IMG/VR virus record: IMGVR_UViG_3300028920_000032
Location: 1 to 64,000 of that record
Source: a virus
DNA length: 64,000 bases
Direction: 5' to 3' (one strand)
The stretch's first letter is position 1, and each line of letters starts with the position of its first letter. The position numbers were made by a program, and so were the translations under genes. Of this stretch, positions 52,541 through 61,366 are shown piece by piece. The notes under the pieces are model-generated. The model was given only the letters and a program-made list of their open reading frames with translations, was not told where the DNA came from and searched no databases.

Positions 52541-52920
52541 TCACTCTTATTCTCATTTAATTGTTTCCTAATTTGTGCTTTCTTTTCAATAAGAAACCTA
52601 TAAGTCATTCTTACAATATCTCTTCTATGCATTCCTTCTTTAAGCATCTTTAATGCCTTTTGTTCTAGTTTAATGTGGCACTCATCACATAAAGTAATAA
52701 GATTACGATCATTGTTTGTTTGACTTATTCTCAATAAAATAATATGATGCGCATTAAGCTTCTTAACTTGTGATTTATGTCTGCCACATGCTCTGCATCT
52801 ATAACCATCTCTTTTATAGACTAATTCACGTATATCATCCCAACGCGGACCATATCTTTTCTTTCTGTTTAAACGTTCCCAGCGCTTTTTTTGTTTGTTA
52901 GATACACGTTTCTTGTTCAT
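52537..52920 (-). CDS. HNH endonuclease
   Basis: RDGYRCRACG...LNAHHI......N...NLITLCDECH. Confidence 0.9.
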   Translation of the reverse strand: MNKKRVSNKQKKRWERLNRKKRYGPRWDDIRELVYKRDGYRCRACGRHKSQVKKLNAHHIILLRISQTNNDRNLITLCDECHIKLEQKALKMLKEGMHRRDIVRMTYRFLIEKKAQIRKQLNENKSE

Positions 52921-52959
52921 TATTATTATCTTTAAGGTAAGTTGTTTATTTTAGAAGTT

Positions 52960-53385
52960 TTAGTACCACCAACCTTTTGGGTTTGCTTTCCAAAAAACAT
53001 TTTGTATTATAAGTTGTGGGTTCTTAGTTCTAAAAAAATGTTTTAATACTTTCTCACGAATTTCATTAAAAACTACAATATTATCTAAATTAAAATTTAA
53101 GACAATTTGAACTTTATATTTGTTATAAAATATGAAATTCAAATCTTTAATATCTTTTTTGTTGACTTTAATTTTTGTGTCACAAAGCTTGATTGACATA
53201 TATTTATGTTCCCAGTTTGAAAATTTATTTTTCCCTAAAAATATTTCAAACTGGCCAGTAATATATTCATCATCTATACAATATATATTACTATTTGGAC
53301 TAAATACAACATCACCAATTTTTGGTCTTTTTTTATTGCGTTCTCTTATACTATTATGTAGCTTTATTATTTGATCTCTTGTCAT
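52960..53385 (-). CDS. hypothetical protein
   Basis: 141-aa ORF in a tightly packed run. Confidence 0.65.
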   Translation of the reverse strand: MTRDQIIKLHNSIRERNKKRPKIGDVVFSPNSNIYCIDDEYITGQFEIFLGKNKFSNWEHKYMSIKLCDTKIKVNKKDIKDLNFIFYNKYKVQIVLNFNLDNIVVFNEIREKVLKHFFRTKNPQLIIQNVFWKANPKGWWY

Positions 53386-53386
53386 G

Positions 53387-53605
53387 TTATTTTTCTTGAT
53401 ATTTAAAAAATAATTTTATTATCTTTCTCCTGTCTCTTATGACGTGATTATCTGCAATTTTGATGCGCTCAACACTTGAAAACTTACTTTCATAATATTT
53501 TTTCTTTATTTTAAAAAACACACTACCAATTAAATTAGAATAACCAACATCTAATTGAAACTCTCCTATTATTAAACGACTAGAAACTTCAACTGCACCT
53601 ATCAT
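53387..53605 (-). CDS. hypothetical protein
   Basis: 72 aa, ATGA coupling, C-terminal RKIIKLFF. Confidence 0.6.
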   Translation of the reverse strand: MIGAVEVSSRLIIGEFQLDVGYSNLIGSVFFKIKKKYYESKFSSVERIKIADNHVIRDRRKIIKLFFKYQEK

Positions 53606-54207
53606 TCTTCAACCTCATTAAATGCAACATAAATCATTGCATGTTTGATAAAATCTATAAAATCTTTTATTTCTTCTTCTATTTTATCTAAATTAGTTAA
53701 ATATTTATTAAATTTATATTTGAATTCATGCTCATCTCTCCACTCCCATTGTTTAGCATCTTTTACAGCATCAAATAATTCACTATAATATTCATCTTCC
53801 CATAACATATTCCAATGAAGTTGTGATTCATCTTCCCAGTTTGCATAGTATTGTTTTGAATCTCTGAATTCTTCCCAGTCTTTAAATTCTTTAAATTTAC
53901 CTTCAGCCTTTTCTTCTTCAAACCATTCTTTTACACTAGCTTCAATATAATCATCTATATTAGCAGCATGTTTTAACAAATCACTTATAACTTTTTTGCA
54001 TTTATTTATTCTAGCTTGATGTTCTTTTAACATTTTAGTAAAATTGGGAGGCACCGCTGGATTCTTTGGTAATCCAAATGTATTTAAAAATGATTGCGCG
54101 ACAGGATATTGCTCATACAGACAATCTGAATCCAAATAATTATACTCTTCTTCCATATAACTAAGAGGATCTTCATAATCTTCCCAGTCATTATAAGGTT
54201 CATACAT
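53602..54207 (-). CDS. hypothetical acidic protein
   Basis: 201 aa, C-terminal HAMIYVAF. Confidence 0.7.
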   Translation of the reverse strand: MYEPYNDWEDYEDPLSYMEEEYNYLDSDCLYEQYPVAQSFLNTFGLPKNPAVPPNFTKMLKEHQARINKCKKVISDLLKHAANIDDYIEASVKEWFEEEKAEGKFKEFKDWEEFRDSKQYYANWEDESQLHWNMLWEDEYYSELFDAVKDAKQWEWRDEHEFKYKFNKYLTNLDKIEEEIKDFIDFIKHAMIYVAFNEVEE

Positions 54208-54551
54208 TATTTAACATCCATGTCATAATTAGTAATTACTCCGCCTTTGTCTAATTTGACAAATAACATAATATTATCACTAGTTTCTTTATCAGCACCT
54301 ATGAACTGAATGCTAATCACTTCATCTTTTTTTATAAAAATTTCAGCCCACTTAAACATATCAGTTGCACTTTTGATATTATCTAGAAATATATCTTGAC
54401 CGGTTTGATTCATATGGTCTTCTATCTTTACTTGAATAACTTTTTGCATTTCTGCTGACAATTGATCAGAAGCAATCATAACATTTTTGTTTTCTTTAGT
54501 CTCGCCTTTTTTATTAAATACAATGTCTATAATTTCATGTCTAAGATCCAT
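54207..54551 (-). CDS. hypothetical protein
   Basis: 114 aa, N-terminal HEIIDIVF. Confidence 0.7.
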   Translation of the reverse strand: MDLRHEIIDIVFNKKGETKENKNVMIASDQLSAEMQKVIQVKIEDHMNQTGQDIFLDNIKSATDMFKWAEIFIKKDEVISIQFIGADKETSDNIMLFVKLDKGGVITNYDMDVK

Positions 54552-54561
54552 AAAATTTCCT

Positions 54562-54957
54562 TTAAAATATTTTATCTAATAATTCTTCTTTTACAGAATT
54601 AATCTTGTCTTCTAATTCTCCAAATTCTTCAAAAGTTATGTCACTCCACTTCTTGCCTTGGCAATACCAAACAAGGTATATTATTTTTATACTATTCAAG
54701 TAATTTCTAAATGGTTTAGAATTCTTTTTAATCCAGTTGCTAATTTCTTTAGTGTCTTGTAAAGACAATCCATGATTTAATAAATGTTCATGAATTTCAT
54801 GTATTTGAATTTCATTATCTATTTCAACACTATCTTCATGATGTATGAAAGCTTGAATATATTTTTTAAAGTATTCAAAAGTTTTTCTATCTTTTTCTAA
54901 TTCACAGAAAAGCATAGTTAACCTCCAGAAATATAATTTTCTATATTTCCTCCGCAA
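54562..54957 (-). CDS. hypothetical protein (start may be the internal Met after GGAGG)
   Basis: ORF track; SD GGAGG before MLFCE. Confidence 0.65.
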   Translation of the reverse strand: MRRKYRKLYFWRLTMLFCELEKDRKTFEYFKKYIQAFIHHEDSVEIDNEIQIHEIHEHLLNHGLSLQDTKEISNWIKKNSKPFRNYLNSIKIIYLVWYCQGKKWSDITFEEFGELEDKINSVKEELLDKIF

Positions 54958-54965
54958 AAAATATA

Positions 54966-55151
54966 TTATTCTGGTTTCTTTTTCTTAACTTTTTTCTTTT
55001 TATTCATCTTTCGTTTTTTATATTTAAAGTTTTTTCTGATTTCAGAATCTTCTTTACTTTTCAGCCAAAACTTTGAAACATGTCTTTTTGCAAAATGAGG
55101 GTCTAATTGTGTTAACATTTCAGTCAATTTAATTGCTTCATTTAACTTCAT
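54966..55151 (-). CDS. small lysine-rich protein, possible capsid internal protein
   Basis: MKLNEAIKLTE N-terminus, poly-K C-terminus. Confidence 0.6.
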   Translation of the reverse strand: MKLNEAIKLTEMLTQLDPHFAKRHVSKFWLKSKEDSEIRKNFKYKKRKMNKKKKVKKKKPE

Positions 55152-55302
55152 CTTTTTTCTTTTTCCTTTTTTTCTTTTTCGTGCTTTTAATAGCCGTATA
55201 TCCAGCTGGTACTTTTCTTCTAACTATTGGACTAACTCTTTTTTTGATACCTTCTACATCTGCTGCTTGTGTTGCTATTTCAAGCGCTTCCTGAAATTTC
55301 AT
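55138..55302 (-). CDS. small lysine-rich protein not in the ORF track (54 aa)
   Basis: MKFQEALEIATQAADVEGIKKRVSPIVRRKVPAGYTAIKSTKKKKRKKKKDEVK; AAGGAG SD; ATGA overlap with 55299..56600. Confidence 0.65.
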   Translation of the reverse strand: MKFQEALEIATQAADVEGIKKRVSPIVRRKVPAGYTAIKSTKKKKRKKKKDEVK

Positions 55303-56600
55303 TTTTTTACTCCTTTCAATTTTGTTTGTTGCGTACCAAACTTTCTCCTTATTGCACCGTACTTTCTTTGTAGAAAGAATTTACCAGGAACATCATGGAC
55401 TCTGAATGTCCATGTGTCTAATTTTCTATTCAGCTCTCCAACTCTAGCATCAAACCAAGCTTCACCAACCATCCTTAGTTTACCAGATATAAGAACTTCA
55501 TTATCTTTTGATGATGTTATGTCGACTATTTCGAAATTTGCTTTTCTTGTTGCAAAGAACTCTAATACCGTTCCTTCGAATATTCTATTTGCTGTACTAC
55601 AAGTTATACCTTTTTCTCTGAACAGAGCTTTCATTCCTGTTGAATTTATATCTTTAGTTAATTGAATTGCCAATTCATCTTCAGGTATTTCTAACTCTTC
55701 ACCTTTTTCACTTTTTGGATATTTGTGAGCTGCTTTTTCTTTTTTAATCTCAACTAATAAAGTTTTTAAATATTTTTGTAAGTTTAATTCTTCAAATTTT
55801 CCTTTTTCAAAATCTCGGAAATGTTTTAGAGTTAATCTAGCCAATTGTTCATCACTTGTAATTTTATAATTATCTAATAACCATTTAGCAAATTTTGTAG
55901 CAATTCCTTTTTTAGCTTCGAATTTGTCTTGAACTATTTGTACTATATCAGCCTGACGTTTAAAGTTTTCTTCAGCTCCAGCTTCTAAAGTTTTTATATC
56001 ACTTAATGCATCAACAACTTCTTCATCAGTGGCTACTTTAAAACTAGTTTTTTTGTTTTTAAGACGAGTGTCACTAGCTTTTAATGTTATTTCCCCAGCA
56101 TATGGAGTACTTACGTCAAATTTATCAACGTTAAATCTTATATCGTTGTTGCTTTCTTTCATCTTTATTCTGAATGTAGTATCTGCCGTCAGTGTTCCAT
56201 GCAATATAACTCTAAATTGAAATGGTCTATATCTAGCTGCACCATGATGTGCATCAGCTGTTAATTTAAATGATTTACCCATAGACTTAGCTAGGTCATT
56301 CATTATCCTTCCATCCATCAATGGAAGTAACCATACTTTCTTATCTTTTTCTTGCGGCCAGTCAGCACTGTCAACTGGAGGTTTCATATAATACATAACA
56401 TTAGTTGCAAGATATTGTATCTTTTTTGTAGTTTGAACATCATCAGCGGCAATATTTTGTGTTGGTACTTGTTGCTGCACTTGTTGTGGTTGCTGCGCTA
56501 CATTAGTAGGAGGCGTTGGTGTTTCTTCTGGAGGCTCTTGTTCAATTAATAAATCAAGCATCTTTTTGACTCTATTTTCAAACTTCTTTTTTCTAATCAT
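55299..56600 (-). CDS. hypothetical protein, possible processed head protein
   Basis: 433 aa; KMLDLLIEQE followed by a P/Q-rich linker. Confidence 0.75.
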   Translation of the reverse strand: MIRKKKFENRVKKMLDLLIEQEPPEETPTPPTNVAQQPQQVQQQVPTQNIAADDVQTTKKIQYLATNVMYYMKPPVDSADWPQEKDKKVWLLPLMDGRIMNDLAKSMGKSFKLTADAHHGAARYRPFQFRVILHGTLTADTTFRIKMKESNNDIRFNVDKFDVSTPYAGEITLKASDTRLKNKKTSFKVATDEEVVDALSDIKTLEAGAEENFKRQADIVQIVQDKFEAKKGIATKFAKWLLDNYKITSDEQLARLTLKHFRDFEKGKFEELNLQKYLKTLLVEIKKEKAAHKYPKSEKGEELEIPEDELAIQLTKDINSTGMKALFREKGITCSTANRIFEGTVLEFFATRKANFEIVDITSSKDNEVLISGKLRMVGEAWFDARVGELNRKLDTWTFRVHDVPGKFFLQRKYGAIRRKFGTQQTKLKGVKK

Positions 56601-56603
56601 TCT

Positions 56604-57194
56604 TTATTTCCTTTTTGTTATCGATTTATAGACTAAAGAACCAGCTCCAGCTAACGCTATCATAATGGAATATTTCATTTTAACAATGAATTTATTATAT
56701 TGCATATCAGCTTCATAGATAAACCAATTATAATTAACTTTTTTTAAAATTTTAAATTTATCTTTAAATAAAGTTTTTTGATTTTCTTTTAAGAATTTTT
56801 TAAATTTTTTTTCTATAAAACTTTTAAATGTTGCATGCGGAACTTTATTTGTTATAACAAGAGGCAATGATTTTTTCCATTTCCACTCTAATGTTCTTGG
56901 AAACTCATAGGAAACTTTTGGATTTTTTAGAAAATTATCTTTTAGCCATCGCATTGCTCTAAATGCCACTGTAATCCTACGACTTGTTATTTCTTTTACA
57001 AAAATATAGTCTTTCTTTATGTCATCACTGATAGTTTCTTCAATTTCTTTCTTTAACTCTTTTTCACTTATTTTGTCTTCACTCTTTGCAGTTACTGGCC
57101 AAATAGGGTTGACATAGAGAAGAAATTCATTTTTGTGTGATTCGTAATTATACCAATCAAAACTTTTAGGTTTGATTTTGTCTTTCTTCCCCAT
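56604..57194 (-). CDS. hypothetical protein with C-terminal hydrophobic anchor (probable start MGKKD)
   Basis: C-terminal IMIALAGAGSLVY followed by basic residues. Confidence 0.65.
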   Translation of the reverse strand: MGKKDKIKPKSFDWYNYESHKNEFLLYVNPIWPVTAKSEDKISEKELKKEIEETISDDIKKDYIFVKEITSRRITVAFRAMRWLKDNFLKNPKVSYEFPRTLEWKWKKSLPLVITNKVPHATFKSFIEKKFKKFLKENQKTLFKDKFKILKKVNYNWFIYEADMQYNKFIVKMKYSIMIALAGAGSLVYKSITKRK

Positions 57195-57591
57195 TTTTAA
57201 ATCTTTCTCTTGTAACAGTTTTTTCATAACTTAAATCAAAAATTCTTCTATATTTGAAATCTGAAAAGAATCCTTCACCAGCAATATTGCGTGAAGTAAA
57301 TATTATTGTCGGTTCTCGACCGCGTATGGCTGAAATTTCGTTAATAATAAATACACATGCAATAGGAAGTCCAGGTAGATTTACCACAAACGGCTGATCG
57401 CTTAATATATACTTCTTTTGCTTTACTACTATATCATGACATTGTAAATATGGATTCTTTGACAAGTCTAGATTTACTTTAACCATGATCTGTTCACATG
57501 TCTTTGCGTCGACTTCTTCTTCGATGCTTTTTAACACTTCGTCTCTTAATTTCGCTCCGAAATTAAGTAAATATACTTTTTCATGAGACAC
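57166..57591 (-). CDS. Csx15-like protein (CRISPR type III-associated family)
   Basis: LLNF...L....L..IE...V.V..DL......Q...IV.......PFVVNLPGL......I.EI....G..PTII...R.......F....I.DL......R matches the Csx15 pattern as I recall it; same size (about 140 aa); GTG start with GAAGGTGG SD. Confidence 0.65.
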   Translation of the reverse strand: MSHEKVYLLNFGAKLRDEVLKSIEEEVDAKTCEQIMVKVNLDLSKNPYLQCHDIVVKQKKYILSDQPFVVNLPGLPIACVFIINEISAIRGREPTIIFTSRNIAGEGFFSDFKYRRIFDLSYEKTVTRERFKNGEERQNQT

Positions 57592-57643
57592 AACTTACCA
57601 CCTTCATAAATAATATTTTAATTATCTTGATAAATTGCGTTAA

Positions 57644-58321
57644 TTACTCATAATATGCCCAATGATATTTCCCTGCTCTTTTATATTGTCCTCTACAACA
57701 TAAACAAATACTCGTATAATTAGTTTTTGTAATAATTGATGCTTCTTTCATGCTTTCAAAAATTTGGCCAGTGTCTAAATTTATAACTGATTTTGATAAG
57801 TTCTTTTTATGCTTTTCAGAAAGATGTTTACCATAATTAGGATGATTCTTACCCTTATTAGATTTAGATATCTTTCTCTTTGTTTTTTCAGAGCGACATT
57901 TTCCTTTAAGTGAATTGGATATTTTTTCTCTTGTTTCTGCAGAAGGATTTTTATTTGCATCTGATATTTTTTTCTTATGTTCATCAGAAAGTTTTACTCC
58001 CTTCTTAGCTTTGGACATCTTTTCTCTTGATTCTTTAGAATAATATTTATTTTTATTACCACCAGAATCTAGATTATAACCTTTAGGATGCATTGCATCT
58101 AATCTTTTTATCATTTCTTTTTCAAAATAATCAAGTAATTCTTCTGGTACTACAAAAACAAATATGCTAAAATTTTTAATACCATATTTTCTTAGCGCTC
58201 TATTAATTATTTGTTTTTTATTTCTTAAGTGGCTTTTTAAACGAATTGTAAAAGTTCGAGTCGTTTGACCTACATAACATTTATTGTTTATTTTATTTTC
58301 TAAAATATATATTTGAGGCAT
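57644..58321 (-). CDS. GIY-YIG homing endonuclease with NUMOD3 repeats and NUMOD1/IENR1 HTH
   Basis: IYILENKINNKCYVGQT; GYNLDSGG; SxEx(R/K)xKISx repeats; FESMKEAS...ICLCCRG..KRAGKYHW. Confidence 0.9.
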   Translation of the reverse strand: MPQIYILENKINNKCYVGQTTRTFTIRLKSHLRNKKQIINRALRKYGIKNFSIFVFVVPEELLDYFEKEMIKRLDAMHPKGYNLDSGGNKNKYYSKESREKMSKAKKGVKLSDEHKKKISDANKNPSAETREKISNSLKGKCRSEKTKRKISKSNKGKNHPNYGKHLSEKHKKNLSKSVINLDTGQIFESMKEASIITKTNYTSICLCCRGQYKRAGKYHWAYYE

Positions 58322-58340
58322 ATATACTTAGCTTTATAAT

Positions 58341-59339
58341 CTAGCTGAAAATTGCAGAAATTGTTGCAAACTCTTCTAATAAAGATAATAATTTATGTTT
58401 GAAATAGAATTTTTGGATTTCTTTCAGGTTGATTTTATCAACATCTACAAACAAAGATTTGTTAATAGTTAAATTTTTTAAGATTGGATTGTTGCTAATT
58501 TTGATAAGTGTCAAATTTCTTTTAATTATTTCTAAATTTTCTTTAACAATATTTAATTTATTTGATACATCTTTCTTTGTTTTCTTTGGAATAGCATTCT
58601 CTATTACATTAAGAATTTCTATGCCACTGGCTATCTCACGAGCTGCTTTAAGTGCTTTCTTTTCGCCAAAACCTGGAACACCTCCTATATCATCTGTTTT
58701 GTCACCCTTAAATGCTTTGTATATGACTACGTCATAATCTTTTGGTATGTTTACATAAATGTCTTTGATTGGGTGATATACTTTTACATTCTTAAATTCT
58801 TGAGCGATTTGTACAAGATCACTGTCAGATGAAACAATAATTACTGTATTATGTTTGCTTAAAAATTTAGAATATAAATATATAATGTCATCAGCTTCTA
58901 AGCCTTCGACACCAATTTGTGACATAGGATAATAATTTAAAACATTCTTAATTTCATTAATATTGTTAAAGAGAATTTCCCATATGGGATCATGTTCATA
59001 ATCGCGACGACATTTATAATCGGGATAAACTTGTTTTCTCCACTCATGTGAGTTTGGATTGTCCCAAGTCATTATAAATGTTCCTGTAAATTTTTTAAAA
59101 TGTTTGTGTAGCTTTCTAAAAAAAACTAGAAGCATCATCCCGCTAATTGCTTTATAATCTTCTTTTTCAATTTGAACATTTTGTTTTGCTTCTTTTTCTG
59201 CAACCCATACTGTCTTGCCTTTCTTTGTAAGAGACTCTACATATTGTTTAATTTTGTTTTTTAAGATTATTGATTTAGCTCTGTGAAATGCAATATGTGC
59301 AAGATTATTTCCATCTAATAATATATACTTTTCATCCAT
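58341..59339 (-). CDS. rnh: 5'-3' exonuclease/flap endonuclease, T4 RNase H-like
   Basis: LLDGNN, WD....WRK..YPDYK..R, GLEADD, VSSDSDL.Q, GDKTDDI.GVPGFGEKKA. Confidence 0.9.
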   Translation of the reverse strand: MDEKYILLDGNNLAHIAFHRAKSIILKNKIKQYVESLTKKGKTVWVAEKEAKQNVQIEKEDYKAISGMMLLVFFRKLHKHFKKFTGTFIMTWDNPNSHEWRKQVYPDYKCRRDYEHDPIWEILFNNINEIKNVLNYYPMSQIGVEGLEADDIIYLYSKFLSKHNTVIIVSSDSDLVQIAQEFKNVKVYHPIKDIYVNIPKDYDVVIYKAFKGDKTDDIGGVPGFGEKKALKAAREIASGIEILNVIENAIPKKTKKDVSNKLNIVKENLEIIKRNLTLIKISNNPILKNLTINKSLFVDVDKINLKEIQKFYFKHKLLSLLEEFATISAIFS

Positions 59340-59370
59340 AATATTATATATGCTAGAAAAATTTTAATAA

Positions 59371-59529
59371 TTAGTCGTTTAATACTTGCAATTCATTGTT
59401 TAAATATTTCTTTGAGACTTCTTCTTCGCTACCATAAGCCTCTAATAAATATTCAACAGTAGTTCCTAATTGTTTGGCAACATACTCTATATTTAATGTT
59501 ACTTCTTTTTGGTTATTGCTACTTGTCAT
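59371..59529 (-). CDS. small HTH-like protein not in the ORF track (52 aa)
   Basis: MTSSNNQKEVTLNIEYVAKQLGTTVEYLLEAYGSEEEVSKKYLNNELQVLND; GGAGG SD; TAATG overlap. Confidence 0.6.
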   Translation of the reverse strand: MTSSNNQKEVTLNIEYVAKQLGTTVEYLLEAYGSEEEVSKKYLNNELQVLND

Positions 59530-60341
59530 TATTTTCCTCCACTAACTATTTCATAAGTTTCTTTATTCGTAGTCTCAATTGTTTCAATTAAATAGCATTG
59601 ATCATCAATTTTTGGACTTACAAATAAACTTGCATCTATATAAAGCTCATTTTCTTTTTTAGAAATAAACATAGGTGCTACTACAACTGGTGCATTAAAT
59701 AAACATGCTTTTGTGTCCCAAGTTAATAAATATCTTGTTTTTTCTTTAGTTGTTTGTCTAACTACTATATTAGAGCCAAATGCACAACCTTTCATTTTTA
59801 CAAAAATATCATTTGCTCCATCTATCATTATTCTTTTTAATATGTCGCGTAAAAGACCTTTAGTTGTGTCTTTTCTTCCAAGTGTTTTTGATGGTTTTAT
59901 TTTGGAAAATATTAGTCTGTTGTGAATCAACCACATATCACCTAATTTATAATGTTGATTTTTAGTTATAGTTATAGTTGCGGCCTTAATTGAAACCATC
60001 ATTTCTGGTATACCATTACTTGTCATATTTTTTGATAAGTCATAATCTAAATAAAACACTTGGCCCGCAGAAGTTTTTGGAATTGGTTGCAATGAAAAAT
60101 ATATTGGACGAGCTGAATGCATTGCAATTAATTGATTTAAGTCATATTCATTTAATTCAAAAGTAGCACAATTTATAAGCAACAATAAATCTTCTTCGAT
60201 TTCTGTTGCTTTTTTATATTTTTGTTTTAGTATTGGTTGATTTTCACAAACCTCATCAAAATATTTTTCTTTATTAAATTTTCCCACTATCATCTCTAGC
60301 TCTTCCTCTGGCAAATGCTTCTTCAATTTTTTTGTTATCAT
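59529..60341 (-). CDS. degenerate gp23-like major capsid protein paralogue
   Basis: FSLQPIPKTSAGQVFYLDY resembles the gp23 VQPM..P.G.(I/V)F.L motif; LFNAPVV resembles the ..YAPY. motif; only 270 aa. Confidence 0.5.
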   Translation of the reverse strand: MITKKLKKHLPEEELEMIVGKFNKEKYFDEVCENQPILKQKYKKATEIEEDLLLLINCATFELNEYDLNQLIAMHSARPIYFSLQPIPKTSAGQVFYLDYDLSKNMTSNGIPEMMVSIKAATITITKNQHYKLGDMWLIHNRLIFSKIKPSKTLGRKDTTKGLLRDILKRIMIDGANDIFVKMKGCAFGSNIVVRQTTKEKTRYLLTWDTKACLFNAPVVVAPMFISKKENELYIDASLFVSPKIDDQCYLIETIETTNKETYEIVSGGK

Positions 60342-60804
60342 ATTGATCCATCAAAGGAAGCACTTTGCCATAATAGGTAATTAATAAATCGTCTAAATAC
60401 TCTCGATCAATATGTAGTCTATACATATTCTCAAGTTGAGTAGTAAAGAAATCTGGAACAGGACTTTTATCTTCAATGTTTTTTATATCATTGCCAACAA
60501 TAATTTTCTCTGCAGCTTGTGTGATTTCATTATTTTCTAATTCTAATTTCTTAATTTTTTCTTGAGTTTCTGGTTTAAGTAAGTTATATGTTTGTTTTGC
60601 TCTTTCTTTGTCACCATTTAGAAAAAAATCAGCACCTCTTACATGTATATATAATAACATCTGAGAATCTTCCATACTATAACCAAGATCATCGCATATT
60701 GCTCTTATTTTTAAACCAGCTTGTAAATATTGTTCAAATAATCTTTGTTGATCTAGCAAAATATCTTCATTCATATTATATTCCTTTTTGTTTAAAGTCA
60801 TCAC
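60274..60804 (-). CDS. hypothetical protein
   Basis: ORF in coupled run; probable start MNEDI. Confidence 0.65.
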   Translation of the reverse strand: MMTLNKKEYNMNEDILLDQQRLFEQYLQAGLKIRAICDDLGYSMEDSQMLLYIHVRGADFFLNGDKERAKQTYNLLKPETQEKIKKLELENNEITQAAEKIIVGNDIKNIEDKSPVPDFFTTQLENMYRLHIDREYLDDLLITYYGKVLPLMDQYDNKKIEEAFARGRARDDSGKI

Positions 60805-61264
60805 AATTCTTTTTTATTTTAATCCCAATTTCTCTAGAATACATACATATTCTATTTTTCTTTCTAAAATATTCACAACTGATGCAACCATTATTCATAG
60901 GTATATCAGTTGTTATATCAAAATTCTTTTCAGAATTGTCATATTCTATAGGATTTAATCTTTCATACATTATAACAACAAGATTGTTGAATATTGTCTT
61001 TTTTCGGAAAACAATATTTTCACCATCACCTATATAATACTTTTCCAGCTCTGAGTTTAAAGCATGATAACCAACATACTTGTCGTCTGTAAAATATTTT
61101 AGTAGAGTGCTATTACTTGTTACTAAACGGAAATTCTGGTAGATATTATTATAATCTTCTTGAGTTTCCAAGTATACTCTTATTTTGGCCTTTATAATTC
61201 CCTGAGTTCCGTTGTTCTCTTTCGAATTCTTCTGTTTCAAATGCTTCAGTATCATATTTCTCAA
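60776..61264 (-). CDS. hypothetical protein with C-terminal Cys motif
   Basis: CISCEYF.....IC...........NCDDF. Confidence 0.65.
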   Translation of the reverse strand: MRNMILKHLKQKNSKENNGTQGIIKAKIRVYLETQEDYNNIYQNFRLVTSNSTLLKYFTDDKYVGYHALNSELEKYYIGDGENIVFRKKTIFNNLVVIMYERLNPIEYDNSEKNFDITTDIPMNNGCISCEYFRKKNRICMYSREIGIKIKKNCDDFKQKGI

Positions 61265-61364
61265 ATAACCTTACTTGTTTTTCAATTAAAAATATGCTTT
61301 TTTCTAACAACTTTTTGATATCACACAATAAATTTATTAATTGTTCTTCTCTTTTTTCATCCAT
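61149..61364 (-). CDS. hypothetical coiled-coil protein
   Basis: 71 aa, AGGA SD. Confidence 0.55.
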   Translation of the reverse strand: MDEKREEQLINLLCDIKKLLEKSIFLIEKQVRLFEKYDTEAFETEEFEREQRNSGNYKGQNKSILGNSRRL

Positions 61365-61366
61365 TT

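Noticed and set aside
57644-58321. Group I intron hosting the GIY-YIG gene
   Set aside because: Flanking genes (Csx15-like and rnh) appear complete and spacers are only about 20-50 bp, so it is free-standing
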